Shown here piece after piece: positions 51,381-60,939 of a DNA stretch of 64,000 nucleotides (its first letter is position 1; every line of letters starts with the position of its first letter). The position numbers and the translations under genes were made by a program. Source of the DNA: an uncultured Gemmatimonadales bacterium (GTDB lineage: Bacteria; Gemmatimonadota; Gemmatimonadetes; Longimicrobiales; RSA9); assembly GCA_963798845.1 (NCBI GenBank), contig CAWCUS010000002.1, positions 448,001 through 512,000 on the forward strand, written 5' to 3'. The notes beneath the pieces were generated by a model, which ran no database searches, had not been told where the DNA came from, and saw only the letters and a program-made list of their open reading frames with translations.

Positions 51381-52302
51381 ATGAACCTGCCGGAGTCGCT
51401 GCGCAGGCTGGCGTGGGAGCTGCCGCACAACTTCCTCGGGCTGGACGAGGAGGCGAGCGAGTTCGAGCATGCGCGCGCCGTGATCCTGCCGGTCCCGTAC
51501 GAGTCCACGACCAGCTACGGCGGTGGCACGGCGGCCGGCCCGGGTGCGATCCTGGAGGCCTCGCGCTACATCGAGCTGTACGACCAGGAGCTGCGGTCCG
51601 AGCCGTACGAGATGGGCATCGCGACACTCCCCCAGCTCCAGCTCACGGGGGCGGGCGCGGAAGCAGCGATCGCCGAGCTCCGGCAGGCGTACGACCGGCT
51701 CCTGGACACGGGCGAGGACCGGTTCATCGTGCTTCTGGGTGGGGAGCACAGCGTGTCGAGCGCCCCGATCTCCGCGTGGGCCGACCGGCTGGCTGCGCGG
51801 GGACGTCGGCTGAGCGTGCTCCAGCTCGACGCGCACACGGACCTGCGCCCCGAGTACGAGGGGACGGCGTACAGCCACGCGTCGGTGATGCACCGGGTGC
51901 ACGAGAACGTGGACCTGGTGGCGGTGGGGATCCGTGCCCTGACCGCGGACGAGGCGGAGCTGGTCGAGGCGAGGGAGAACCTGCACGTCTTCTACGCCGA
52001 TGACATCCACGGCTCCGAGAGCTGGATGGATCGGGTCGTGGAGCGGCTCGGGCCGGACGTCTACATCAGCTTCGACGTGGACGCATTCGACCCGAGCCTG
52101 GTTCCCTCCACCGGCACGCCCGAGCCCGGCGGCCTGACGTGGTACCCGGTCCTGAAGCTCCTGCGTCGCGTGTTCGAGGCGACGACGGTCGTCGCGGCCG
52201 ACGTCGTCGAGCTGGCTCCCATACCCGGCCTCCACGCGCCGGATTTCCTGGTGGCGAAGCTGGTCTACAAGAATGATCGGGTACCGGGGCTTGCCCCGCT
52301 GA
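51381..52302 (+). CDS. speB: Agmatinase; apparent +1 base near 52272 extends the as-written ORF to 52502
   Basis: GGEHS, DAHTD, SHA, SFDVDAFDP, GTPEPGG. The corrected end LVYKMIGYRGLPR* removes the overlap with the convergent gene. Confidence 0.9.
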
Positions 52303-52435
52303 GCGCTGCGGTGCCGCGGCGAGGCGCCAGCTCGCCCGAAGCCGCGGGCAGCGCGGAGAACCGCCTGGCCGGGGTCCACGGGCGCAGCGGAAGCCGGCCG
52401 CTCCGATCCGCCGTCGTCGCCATCTCGGCTGCTCC

Positions 52436-54232
52436 TCACCCGGTGGCGACCTCCCCCCTGGAACGGTCGGTTTCGTCTTCCTCGGGCGTGCGCAGCGGGT
52501 AGCGAGCGAGGAGAGGGTGGAGGTCGAGCGGGTCGGTGATCGGGTACGTGAGCGGGACGAGGCCGGGGGCGCTCAGCAGGAACGGCCAGAACTGTCGGCC
52601 GCCGAGGGCCCCGTGCGCGCCCACCTGGTCGTCGAAGCAGACCTGCAGGTCGCGCTCCGGATCGTAGGCGCCGAACAGCACCAGGTCGCCGGCGTTGCGG
52701 AGGCGGACCAGGTGGAGGATGGCGCGGCGCTCGCGCTCCCCGGTGGCGTAGATCGCCAGCGGGTCGTCGCCCGAAAGGACCTCCACTTCGCCCCCGGCGG
52801 TGACGAGGGCGCGGCCGCGCTCGTTCTCGGCGTGGACGCCGTCCAGCATGCGGGTGAGGACCACGCCAATGCCGCTGTGCGCGACCAGGAAATAGTAGAG
52901 GGCACGGCGGTCCGGGTCCTCGCGGATCTCGTCGAACGCGAGGGGGCGGGCCGGCTCGGTCCAGTAGACGTGGGCGAGAGACGAGGAGTAGGTGAGGACG
53001 AGCTGGTGCTCCTCGAGGGGACGGACCACTTCCGCGGTGAGAGGGAATACGCGGTAGTGCTTCCGGATCCAGCGGGTGAAGCTGCGGCTGGCGGAGCGGG
53101 TGGGCGGGCTGGCGCCGGCGGCCACGCCCTCGAGCTCGCTGACGAGGAACTCCACCGCTTCGCGGGGCGGGCCGTACTCGCCGGTGTTCGCCATGGTCAG
53201 AACGCCCTTCTTGACTGCGCTCAGGACCGTGTCTCCGAGCGTTTCGCCGTAGCGGATCCGGTAGGGCACGGCGGGCGTCTGGCCGTGGTCGCTCAGGATG
53301 TAGACGTCGTATGGGCGGCCGGGGAGGCGGTTGATGAGCTTGAAGATCTCCTTGATCCGTCGGTCCAGCGCCCGGAGGCTCTTGTACGCGGTGCGGGAGG
53401 AGGGACCGAAGTGGTGGGCGAACTCGTCGTAGGCGTTGTAGGTGCTGTAGATGGCGGGGACCCCCGTGTAAACGTCCAGGAGGATCGCGAGCGTCTGCAG
53501 CTCGCGCAGCACCACGTTGGTGCCGATGTGGAGGAAGGGCAGGTACCACCAGTAATAGGTGGCCTGGCCGCGGAACTGGCTGATGAGCCGGTCGCGCTCC
53601 TCGCGCAGGTACTCCAGGACGGCCACGACCGCCATGCGCAGCGTGCGGATCGGGTGGAGCAGGAGCAGGAGAAGCACGCGACGGCCGCCCAGGTTCGCCA
53701 GGAACGTGCGACGGTTCCGGTCCGAAAGCGTCCACACCGCCCGCTCAGCGCCGCCGTCGTACAGGTTGACGTAGCTGGAGCCGCCGTCGAGGATGCCGCG
53801 GTCGGGGAGCCGGTCCCGGATGTACTGCATCGAGGACTGCTGCGAGCCGATGAGGACGCGGCGGTCCGCCTTCTCGTAGAAGCGGAAGGCTGGGATGCGG
53901 TCCTTGGTGCCGTGGAAGATGGCGGCCTGCGCGGCGGGCGTGGCGCTGGGCAGCCCCGCCGGATAGCGGCGTACCTCCCAGCCGTCGCGCTGGATGAGGC
54001 GGTGGAGGAAGGGGAGATGGCCAGCCGTCAGCGCGCGCTCCAGGTCCTCGTGGGCCAGAGCGTCGATCTGGATCGCGACGAAGCCGCGCCCTCGCTCCTC
54101 GTTCCGCTCCCGCTGCCTGCGCCGCTCGCGGGCGAACGGGAGGTACTTCAGCCGGTAATATGCCAGATAGAAGCGGCGGCGGAGCCGGGCGAGCCACCCC
54201 GCCTCCGGGTCGTTCCACCGACGGCCGCTCAT
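52436..54232 (-). CDS. Alkaline phosphatase / nucleotide pyrophosphatase superfamily protein
   Basis: IQIDAL, PSATP, YDEFAH, LSDHGQ, GAHG. Confidence 0.8.
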   Translation of the reverse strand: MSGRRWNDPEAGWLARLRRRFYLAYYRLKYLPFARERRRQRERNEERGRGFVAIQIDALAHEDLERALTAGHLPFLHRLIQRDGWEVRRYPAGLPSATPAAQAAIFHGTKDRIPAFRFYEKADRRVLIGSQQSSMQYIRDRLPDRGILDGGSSYVNLYDGGAERAVWTLSDRNRRTFLANLGGRRVLLLLLLHPIRTLRMAVVAVLEYLREERDRLISQFRGQATYYWWYLPFLHIGTNVVLRELQTLAILLDVYTGVPAIYSTYNAYDEFAHHFGPSSRTAYKSLRALDRRIKEIFKLINRLPGRPYDVYILSDHGQTPAVPYRIRYGETLGDTVLSAVKKGVLTMANTGEYGPPREAVEFLVSELEGVAAGASPPTRSASRSFTRWIRKHYRVFPLTAEVVRPLEEHQLVLTYSSSLAHVYWTEPARPLAFDEIREDPDRRALYYFLVAHSGIGVVLTRMLDGVHAENERGRALVTAGGEVEVLSGDDPLAIYATGERERRAILHLVRLRNAGDLVLFGAYDPERDLQVCFDDQVGAHGALGGRQFWPFLLSAPGLVPLTYPITDPLDLHPLLARYPLRTPEEDETDRSRGEVATG

Positions 54233-54606
54233 CGCCGCAGGAGCGTCGGGAGCTCGCGGAGGAGGTCGGCGGGAGCGACGGGCTTGGCCATGTAGCGGTC
54301 GCAGCCCGCGTCCATGCACGCTCGCCGCTCTCGCTCGCCCACGCGTCCGGTCAGGGCGATCACGGGCGTGCTTTCGAGATCGGGATCGCGGCGCATGGTC
54401 CGCACGACGTCGAGCCCCGGGGCGTCGGGGAGCCCCAGGTCGAGGACCACCAGGGCGGGGAGCCGCTCCCCGACAATGCGGATGGCGTCGCTGGCGCGGC
54501 CGGCCTCGAGCACCTGGTAGCCGGCGTCCTCGAGGAGGAGCTTGAACGCATCCCGGAGGAGGTCGTCGTCCTCCACGATCAGGATTGTGGGGTCGAAATC
54601 CGGCAT
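54229..54606 (-). CDS. Single-domain response regulator
   Basis: ILIVEDD, LDLGLP, IALTG, AGCDRYMAKP. Confidence 0.9.
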   Translation of the reverse strand: MPDFDPTILIVEDDDLLRDAFKLLLEDAGYQVLEAGRASDAIRIVGERLPALVVLDLGLPDAPGLDVVRTMRRDPDLESTPVIALTGRVGERERRACMDAGCDRYMAKPVAPADLLRELPTLLRR

Positions 54607-54623
54607 CGCTGGCACGTTTCCCT

Positions 54624-56504
54624 TCACGACGAGGAGGCCGCGAGGGCGTCGGCCCGTGTCTGATCGTCGCCGCCCTCCAGGTCCTCCTCGAGCAGCTGGC
54701 GGCGGAGGAGGGTGGCGTAGACGCCGCCGGCGCGGATCAGCTCCTGGTGGGTCCCGCGCTCGGCGATGCGGCCGTCGTCGAGGACCAGGATGAGGTCCGC
54801 GTCCATGACGGCGGTGACGCGGTGGCTGATGATCAGCGACGTGCGCCTGGCGAGCACGTCCTTGAGCCCGTGGAGGATGCGTCGCTCGGTCTGGGTGTCG
54901 ACGGCCGACAGCGCGTCGTCGAGAATCAGGATCCGGGGATCGCGGGCCAGGGCGCGGGCCAGCGTCGTGCGCTGGCGCTGCCCGCCGGAGAGGTTGACGC
55001 CGCGCTCGCCCAGCCGGGTCTCGTAACCGTGCGGGAACCCGGCGATGGCCTCGTCCAGCTGGGCGATGGAAGAGGCGGCCCTCACGGGCGCCATGACGTC
55101 GTCGCGCGCGGCGCGGTCTATGCCCAGCGCAATGTTGTCGGCGATGGTCTCGCTGAACAGGAACGCGTCCTGGGGCACCAGTCCGATGGCGGTCCGGACG
55201 CGCGACAGCGGGAGCTCCGGGAGTGGGACGCCGTCCAGGAGCACCTCGCCCGCGGTGGGGTCGTAGAGCCTCGCCACGAGGGCGACGATCGTGGACTTCC
55301 CCGATCCCGTCGGGCCGACCAGCGCCGCGGTCGCGCCCGCGGGGATGGTGAACGACACGCCGTCCAGCACGTCGCGCTCGGTACCGGGATAGTGGAAGTG
55401 GACGTCGCGGAACTCGATGGCGCCTCGCACGCCGGCATCGGCGGCTCCCCCGTCGGCCGGAGCGGCACGCGCGGCCCCGGATCCGGGCTGGCCGTCGCGC
55501 GCTGCGGCCGCCCCATCGTGGCCGGGGAGCGCATCGAACGCGCCGATTTCGGGCTTCGCCTCGAGCACGGCCAGCACGCGGTTGAGCGAGGCGGCGCCGC
55601 GCTGGTAGAGGTTGACCACCCACCCGAGGGCGATCATCGGCCAGATCATCATGGTCAGGTAGAAGCCGAACGCCACGAAGTCGCCAATGGTGATGGTTCG
55701 GGTCATGACGAGCCGGCCGCCGACGTAAAGCACCACGAGCATGCCGAGCCCGGCCATGAACGACAGCGACGGGTAGAACGCGCCCGTGGACACGACCAGG
55801 TCCACGTTGCGCCGCAGGTACTCCCGATTGAGCGACCCGAACACCCGCTCCTGCTCCTCCTCGCGCGTGTAGGCGCGGACGATGCGCGCGCCGGCCAGGT
55901 TCTCCTGCACCATGGTGGTGAGCGAGCCCAGGTGCGCCTGGATCCCCTCGTACTTGACCTGGATGAGCTTGCCGAAGTAGAGGGTGACAGGGGGGAGCGC
56001 CACCATGGGGATGAGGGCGAGGCCGGTGAGGAGCGGGCTGACGGAGAGCATGAAGGCGAGGGCCAGCGCGCCCAGGACCACGGTGTTCACCGTGTACATG
56101 ACGGCGGGGCCCACGGCCATGCGCACGCTCAGGATGTCGTTGGTGGCGCGGCTCATCAGGTCGCCCGTGCGCCAGTGGCCGTAGAAGGTCGCGTCGAGGC
56201 GCATCAGGTGCTGGAAGAAGCGGTCGCGCAGGTCGGTCTCGATACGGCGGGAGTAACCGTTCAGCAGCTCGCGCATCCCGTAGCGTGCGGCTCCGCCGAT
56301 CACGGCCACCCCCACGATGAGCCCGGCGTACCGGAGGATCACGTCCATGGGGGGCGAGCCCGCTTCGATCACGTCGATGGCGCGGCCGACCAGCCGCGGT
56401 GCGAGGATGGCGAACACGTTGGCGACCACCACCAGGAAGAGACCGAAAGCGTATCCGCGTCTGTACGGTCGGATGTAGGGGTAGAGTCGCTTGAGCTGGA
56501 GCAC
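54624..56504 (-). CDS. ABC exporter, fused TMD-NBD (MdlA-like)
   Basis: TGDLMSRATND, GPTGSGKST, LSGGQRQR, ILDDALSAVD, SHR. Confidence 0.95.
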   Translation of the reverse strand: MLQLKRLYPYIRPYRRGYAFGLFLVVVANVFAILAPRLVGRAIDVIEAGSPPMDVILRYAGLIVGVAVIGGAARYGMRELLNGYSRRIETDLRDRFFQHLMRLDATFYGHWRTGDLMSRATNDILSVRMAVGPAVMYTVNTVVLGALALAFMLSVSPLLTGLALIPMVALPPVTLYFGKLIQVKYEGIQAHLGSLTTMVQENLAGARIVRAYTREEEQERVFGSLNREYLRRNVDLVVSTGAFYPSLSFMAGLGMLVVLYVGGRLVMTRTITIGDFVAFGFYLTMMIWPMIALGWVVNLYQRGAASLNRVLAVLEAKPEIGAFDALPGHDGAAAARDGQPGSGAARAAPADGGAADAGVRGAIEFRDVHFHYPGTERDVLDGVSFTIPAGATAALVGPTGSGKSTIVALVARLYDPTAGEVLLDGVPLPELPLSRVRTAIGLVPQDAFLFSETIADNIALGIDRAARDDVMAPVRAASSIAQLDEAIAGFPHGYETRLGERGVNLSGGQRQRTTLARALARDPRILILDDALSAVDTQTERRILHGLKDVLARRTSLIISHRVTAVMDADLILVLDDGRIAERGTHQELIRAGGVYATLLRRQLLEEDLEGGDDQTRADALAASSS

Positions 56505-56636
56505 GGTCCGATCCTGAAGAAGGCCGCAGAGCCAGCCCGTTCGCTGGCCTGCGGCCTTTCGGTGGCATGTCGTTTGCCCCTAGCTTAACCGGATACTGAC
56601 ACCCGTACAAGTCGTTCGGGAACCCGGAGGTTGGAC

Positions 56637-57497
56637 ATGCGACGCGGCAGAATCGTCACCACACTGGCACTATCGCTACCGTTGCTGGCGGCTCCGCTTG
56701 CGTGCGGGGATAACAACGACCGGCAGGCTCTGGAGCAGGACGAGCTGGATCGCGATCTGAATGTGGCCCTCGGAGGGGACAGCGTGCCGGCCACGTTCGA
56801 GGACACCGCGGTCGCGCCCACGGAGAACCCGACGCCACAGCGTCAGCCGCAGCCGTCGCCCACGCCCCAGCGGCGCCCGGCGACGCAGCGGCCGCAGACG
56901 ACGCAGCCGCGCACGCCCTCGCCCGAGCCGCGCCCATCGCCGCAGCCGCGCACCGTGACGCTCACGGTCCCGGTGGGGACCACGTTCGCCGTGCGGATGA
57001 ACGATGAGCTGTCGACCAAGACGTCATCGACAGGCGACGCGTTCACGGCCACGCTGAGCGCCCCGATCGTCGACGCCAGCGGCACCGTCATCGTCCCGGC
57101 CGGCGCCACCGTGCGTGGACGCGTGACGGCGGTGTCGCCCTCCACACGCGTGGGGCAGACGGCCGCAATGAAGCTGGCGTTCGAGGCCATCTCCTTCGGC
57201 GGCGAGAGCTACCCGCTGCAGGGCTCCGTCGAGCGCGCGGACGTGCAGCGGAGCAACCGCACCAGCACCGCCGAGACCGCGGGGAAGGTCGCCGCGGGCG
57301 CGGCGGCCGGGGCGATCCTCGGCCAGGTGCTCGGGAAGAACACGTCGTCCACGCTCAAGGGCGCCGCGATCGGCGCGGCGGCCGGCACCGCGATCGCCAT
57401 GGGCACTTCCGACGTGGACGCCGTCCTCCCTCGTGGTGCCGAGGTCGTGGTCCGCGTGGACCAGCCGATCACGGTGACCAAGACGGTGAGCCAGTGA
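56637..57497 (+). CDS. Lipoprotein with a Pro/Gln-rich linker and glycine-zipper domain
   Basis: Lipobox PLAC; VPVGT...LST...GDAF; GAAAGAILG...GAAIGAAAG. Confidence 0.8.
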   Translation: MRRGRIVTTLALSLPLLAAPLACGDNNDRQALEQDELDRDLNVALGGDSVPATFEDTAVAPTENPTPQRQPQPSPTPQRRPATQRPQTTQPRTPSPEPRPSPQPRTVTLTVPVGTTFAVRMNDELSTKTSSTGDAFTATLSAPIVDASGTVIVPAGATVRGRVTAVSPSTRVGQTAAMKLAFEAISFGGESYPLQGSVERADVQRSNRTSTAETAGKVAAGAAAGAILGQVLGKNTSSTLKGAAIGAAAGTAIAMGTSDVDAVLPRGAEVVVRVDQPITVTKTVSQ

Positions 57498-57529
57498 CCG
57501 GTGCGGCGACGGTGTCGCCGCTTCGTGTC

Positions 57530-57637
57530 CGGATCCGGAGCCGCCCCCGGATCCGGGGTCGTGCCCGGATCAGGATTCGGGGTCGTGCTCGGATTCCGGG
57601 TCGTGCTCGGATTCCGGGTCGCGCCCGGGTTCGTGCT
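57530..57637 (+). repeat. Degenerate 18-bp tandem repeat (GGTCGTGCYCGGATTCCG-like)
   Basis: About 5 units; translates as GRARI(R/P) repeats on + and NPSTT/DPG repeats on -. Confidence 0.75.
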
Positions 57638-57652
57638 GTCGCACGGCGCGGG

Positions 57653-58279
57653 GTGGTTCGGGTGGTCCGCCGGCTCGGTCTCTTCGCCCTGGCGGCGCTG
57701 GCGGGGCTGGCGGGGCCGGGGCGCGCTGCTGCGCAGAACACCTGGGTCTCGGCGTGGGGCGGCGCGCTCATGAGCCCGTCCACCGTGCACGACGGCGAGA
57801 GCGGGACGGTCTGGGATTTCGGGACGAGCTTCATGGCGGGCGCGGGCGTGCAGCACCTCTTCGGCCGCAGCCTGGTGGTGGGAGTGGACCTGGGGTACGC
57901 CCCCGCGCGCTACGAGCTGCGGCCCGAAGAGGTCGCGCCCGACAGCAACGCGGCGGACGCGGTGGAGAGCGGACGCGCAGGCGTGCTCACCACGATGCTC
58001 AGCGGACGGCTCGGCGCGGGTGGCGGCGGCGACTTCTTCACGTATCTGGGCGGCGGGATCGGTGCGGTGACGTACCATATCCCCGCGCTGGACCGCTGGG
58101 ATCCCGATCTTGCGTTGCGCGCCGGCGGCGGCCTCGAGTACCGCGTGTCGCGCCCGGTTGCGCTGTTCGTCGAGTGGAACCGGTGGTGGGTGTTCCACCA
58201 GTCGGAGGGGGTGGACGACACCACCGGCCACTTCTCCAACCTGCAGATCGGGGCGCGCCTCGCCCCGGCCGGGTGGTGA
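57653..58279 (+). CDS. Small outer-membrane beta-barrel protein; start uncertain (57494 possible)
   Basis: Signal peptide ending AAA-Q; alternating beta strands (YLGGGIG, GGGLEY, LFVE, LQIGARL). Confidence 0.7.
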   Translation: MVRVVRRLGLFALAALAGLAGPGRAAAQNTWVSAWGGALMSPSTVHDGESGTVWDFGTSFMAGAGVQHLFGRSLVVGVDLGYAPARYELRPEEVAPDSNAADAVESGRAGVLTTMLSGRLGAGGGGDFFTYLGGGIGAVTYHIPALDRWDPDLALRAGGGLEYRVSRPVALFVEWNRWWVFHQSEGVDDTTGHFSNLQIGARLAPAGW

Positions 58280-59235
58280 GCCGAGCCCGCCGCATGACCC
58301 CCGACCCGCCGAGCCGACCCGAGCCTCCACCCACTCCAACCGTTCCCCCGCACCTTCCCGGCGCACGGCTGGACCGCGCCGCCCACCTGAGGGGGCAGAC
58401 GCTCCCGCCGGGGAGCCTCCAGGTCCTCACCGTGTACGGCGCGCGGGCGCTGCTGCGCGACGGCGAGCCCGTTCTGCTGCGCGACGACGACATTCCCGCC
58501 GCGCCACCGGTCGGGCCGCGCTCAGTGCGGCAGCCCGCGTTGATCTTCCTCGGCGAGCGCGAAGGCGTCCTCTACGCCGCGCGCTCCGCCGGCGACGACG
58601 CCGAGGCGCGCGTCATGGAGGAGGAAACCGGCGGCCGCTTCGAAGGGTTGCGCACCCTCGCCGCCCGGCTGGACCCGGAGCTGGCGGCGCTCTATGCCTA
58701 CGCCGCGGCGCTGCACACCTGGCATGGACGCGCGAGATACTGCGGCTCGTGCGGCGCGCCTACGCGTCCCGAGCTGTCCGGGCATCAGCGCGGGTGCACG
58801 TCCGAAGCGTGCGGGGCTGTGCTCTTTCCGCGCACGGATCCGGCCATCATCACGCTCCCCTGCGCCGGCGAACGCTGTCTCCTGCTGCGCCAGCCAGCCT
58901 GGCCGGAAGGGCGGTTTTCCACCCTCGCGGGCTTCGTGGAGCCCGGTGAGACGCTGGAAGCCGCCGTCGCCCGGGAAGTGGCCGAGGAGGTCGGCCTTCG
59001 CGTGGTGCGGACCCGCTACGCCTACTCGCAGCCATGGCCCTTCCCGCACACTCTCATGGTGGGCTTCCGCACCGAGGTCGAGCCCGGCGACGTCCGGCTG
59101 GGCGACGAGATCGCCGACGCCCGCTGGCTCACCCGCCCGGCGCTCCGAGATGCCGTCGCTTCCGGCGACATGACCATTCCGCCCCCCTTCGCCCTCTCCC
59201 GCACCCTCATCGAGGACTGGCTCGACGAGGTGTAG
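58276..59235 (+). CDS. nudC: NADH pyrophosphatase
   Basis: YCGSCG zinc ribbon, FPRTDPA, Nudix box AGFVEPGETLEAAVAREVAEE, SQPWPFP. Confidence 0.95.
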   Translation: MSRARRMTPDPPSRPEPPPTPTVPPHLPGARLDRAAHLRGQTLPPGSLQVLTVYGARALLRDGEPVLLRDDDIPAAPPVGPRSVRQPALIFLGEREGVLYAARSAGDDAEARVMEEETGGRFEGLRTLAARLDPELAALYAYAAALHTWHGRARYCGSCGAPTRPELSGHQRGCTSEACGAVLFPRTDPAIITLPCAGERCLLLRQPAWPEGRFSTLAGFVEPGETLEAAVAREVAEEVGLRVVRTRYAYSQPWPFPHTLMVGFRTEVEPGDVRLGDEIADARWLTRPALRDAVASGDMTIPPPFALSRTLIEDWLDEV

Positions 59236-59344
59236 GTCGGCGGCGGTCGGGGCGGGCGGCGGCGCCGCGGCTGCGCCGCTGGTGTGGCGCTTGCGGCCGG
59301 GTCGCCGGTGAACCGATCCGACCCCCTCAACCGGGAGATGCACC

Positions 59345-59695
59345 ATGGTGGAAGCCGCAGGGAAGGAATTCTCCACGGAGATGGCGGAGTGCATCGACGC
59401 ATGCACCCGCTGCCACCAGGTCTGCCTGACCGCCTCGGGGCATGCACTCCGCCACGGCGGGCAGGAGAACACCAATCACCTGATCCGGGTCCTCTCCGAC
59501 TGCGTGGAAGCGTGTCAGACGGCTGCCAACTTCATGCTGCGCGGGTCACCCAATCACAGGAAGACGTGCGGCCTGTGCGGCGACATCTGCCGCGAAGTGG
59601 TGGAGGACTGCCGGAGCTTCGACGATCCGGTCATGAAGCGAGTGGCCGAGACCGCCACCCGCTGCGCCGCGGCTTGCGAGAAGATGGCCGCCTGA
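59345..59695 (+). CDS. Cys-rich four-helix-bundle copper storage protein (Csp3/DUF326-like)
   Basis: 12 Cys, mostly in CxxxC/CxxC spacing; no signal peptide; ends CAAACEKMAA. Confidence 0.88.
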   Translation: MVEAAGKEFSTEMAECIDACTRCHQVCLTASGHALRHGGQENTNHLIRVLSDCVEACQTAANFMLRGSPNHRKTCGLCGDICREVVEDCRSFDDPVMKRVAETATRCAAACEKMAA

Positions 59696-59713
59696 GCCGC
59701 TCCGCGTTCTCCT

Positions 59714-60904
59714 TCACGGCCGCCCGGCGCCGAGTGCGCGGGCGGCGCAGGCGGCCAGCACCGCGGCGCCGAGTGGGAGGACGTCCTCGTCGAGATCCAT
59801 GGTGGCGCTGTGGAGCTCGCGGGGGCCGTCGGCGGGGGCGGCGCCGAGCCAGAGGAGGGCGCCGGGCGCGTGGCGGAGGAGGATCGCGAAGTCCTCGGTG
59901 CCCATCATGGGTGACGCGGTCCAAACGCCGTCCGGGCCGAGCAGCTCGCGGGCGGCATCGCCGGCGAGCGCGGTCATGGCGGCGTCGTTGATGGTGGGCG
60001 GGTAGCCGTCGCGGAGCTCGAGCTCGTGCCCTCCGCCCATGGCGTCGGCCACGGCAAGGGCGCGCTCGAGCCCGGCGCGCAGACGGCGCCGGACGTCGGG
60101 ATCGAAGTAGCGCAGGGTGCCGTCCATGGAGACGCGGTCCGCCAGCACGTTCTCCGCCGTCCCGCCCCGCACGGTCCCGATGCTCAGCACGCCGGATCGT
60201 GCCGGCGAGATGGCGCGCGCGACCGCATTCTGGGCGGCGAGAACGACGTGGGCCGCGAGCACCACGGCATCGACCCCTTCGTCGGGACGGGCGCCGTGGC
60301 TGGCCCTGCCCAGGACGTGGACGGTGAAGGTGTCGCTCCCGGCCATGATGGCGCCGTCGCGGACGAAGACCTTGCCGGACGAGAGGTGGGGCGCCACGTG
60401 CAGCGCGAACACCGCGTCGACGCCGTCCATCGCTCCGGACTCCACGAGGTGCGCCGCCCCGCTCCGATTCTCTGCGTCCGCTTTCTCCTCGGCGGGCTGG
60501 AAGAGGAGCCGGACGGTGCCGGCCGGCAGCTGGCCCGCGTCGGCGGCGGCCGCCAGCAGCCGGGCCGCGCCCACGAGCATGGCCGTGTGGGCGTCGTGGC
60601 CACAGGCGTGCATGACGCCGTCGTGACCGGAGCGGTAGTCGACGTCGTTCTGCTCGAAGATCGGCAGCGCGTCCATGTCCGCGCGCAGGGCGACGATCGG
60701 CCCACCGCCCCCACCGATCTCGGCGACGACGCCGGTCCCGCCCACGCCTCGCCGGACCGCCCAGCCGGCCGCCTCCACGGCGTCGGCGGCTACACCGGCC
60801 GTCCGCTTCTCGCGGAAGGAGAGCTCCGGATGGCGGTGGATGTCGCGGCGGAGCGCGCTCAGGTCGGCGTGGAAGCTGCGGGCGTGGCGGAGGAAGTCTC
60901 GCAT
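59714..60904 (-). CDS. M20D amidohydrolase
   Basis: HRHPEL, RADMDALP, MHACGHDAH, FQPAEE, GTEDF. Confidence 0.93.
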   Translation of the reverse strand: MRDFLRHARSFHADLSALRRDIHRHPELSFREKRTAGVAADAVEAAGWAVRRGVGGTGVVAEIGGGGGPIVALRADMDALPIFEQNDVDYRSGHDGVMHACGHDAHTAMLVGAARLLAAAADAGQLPAGTVRLLFQPAEEKADAENRSGAAHLVESGAMDGVDAVFALHVAPHLSSGKVFVRDGAIMAGSDTFTVHVLGRASHGARPDEGVDAVVLAAHVVLAAQNAVARAISPARSGVLSIGTVRGGTAENVLADRVSMDGTLRYFDPDVRRRLRAGLERALAVADAMGGGHELELRDGYPPTINDAAMTALAGDAARELLGPDGVWTASPMMGTEDFAILLRHAPGALLWLGAAPADGPRELHSATMDLDEDVLPLGAAVLAACAARALGAGRP

Positions 60905-60939
60905 CGGCGTGGGGCCAGGGATACCTTCAGACCGGCCGA

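Noticed and set aside
59345..59695. CTRCH as a heme site
   Set aside because: It is part of the Cys-rich helical pattern of a cytoplasmic copper-storage-type protein with no export signal.
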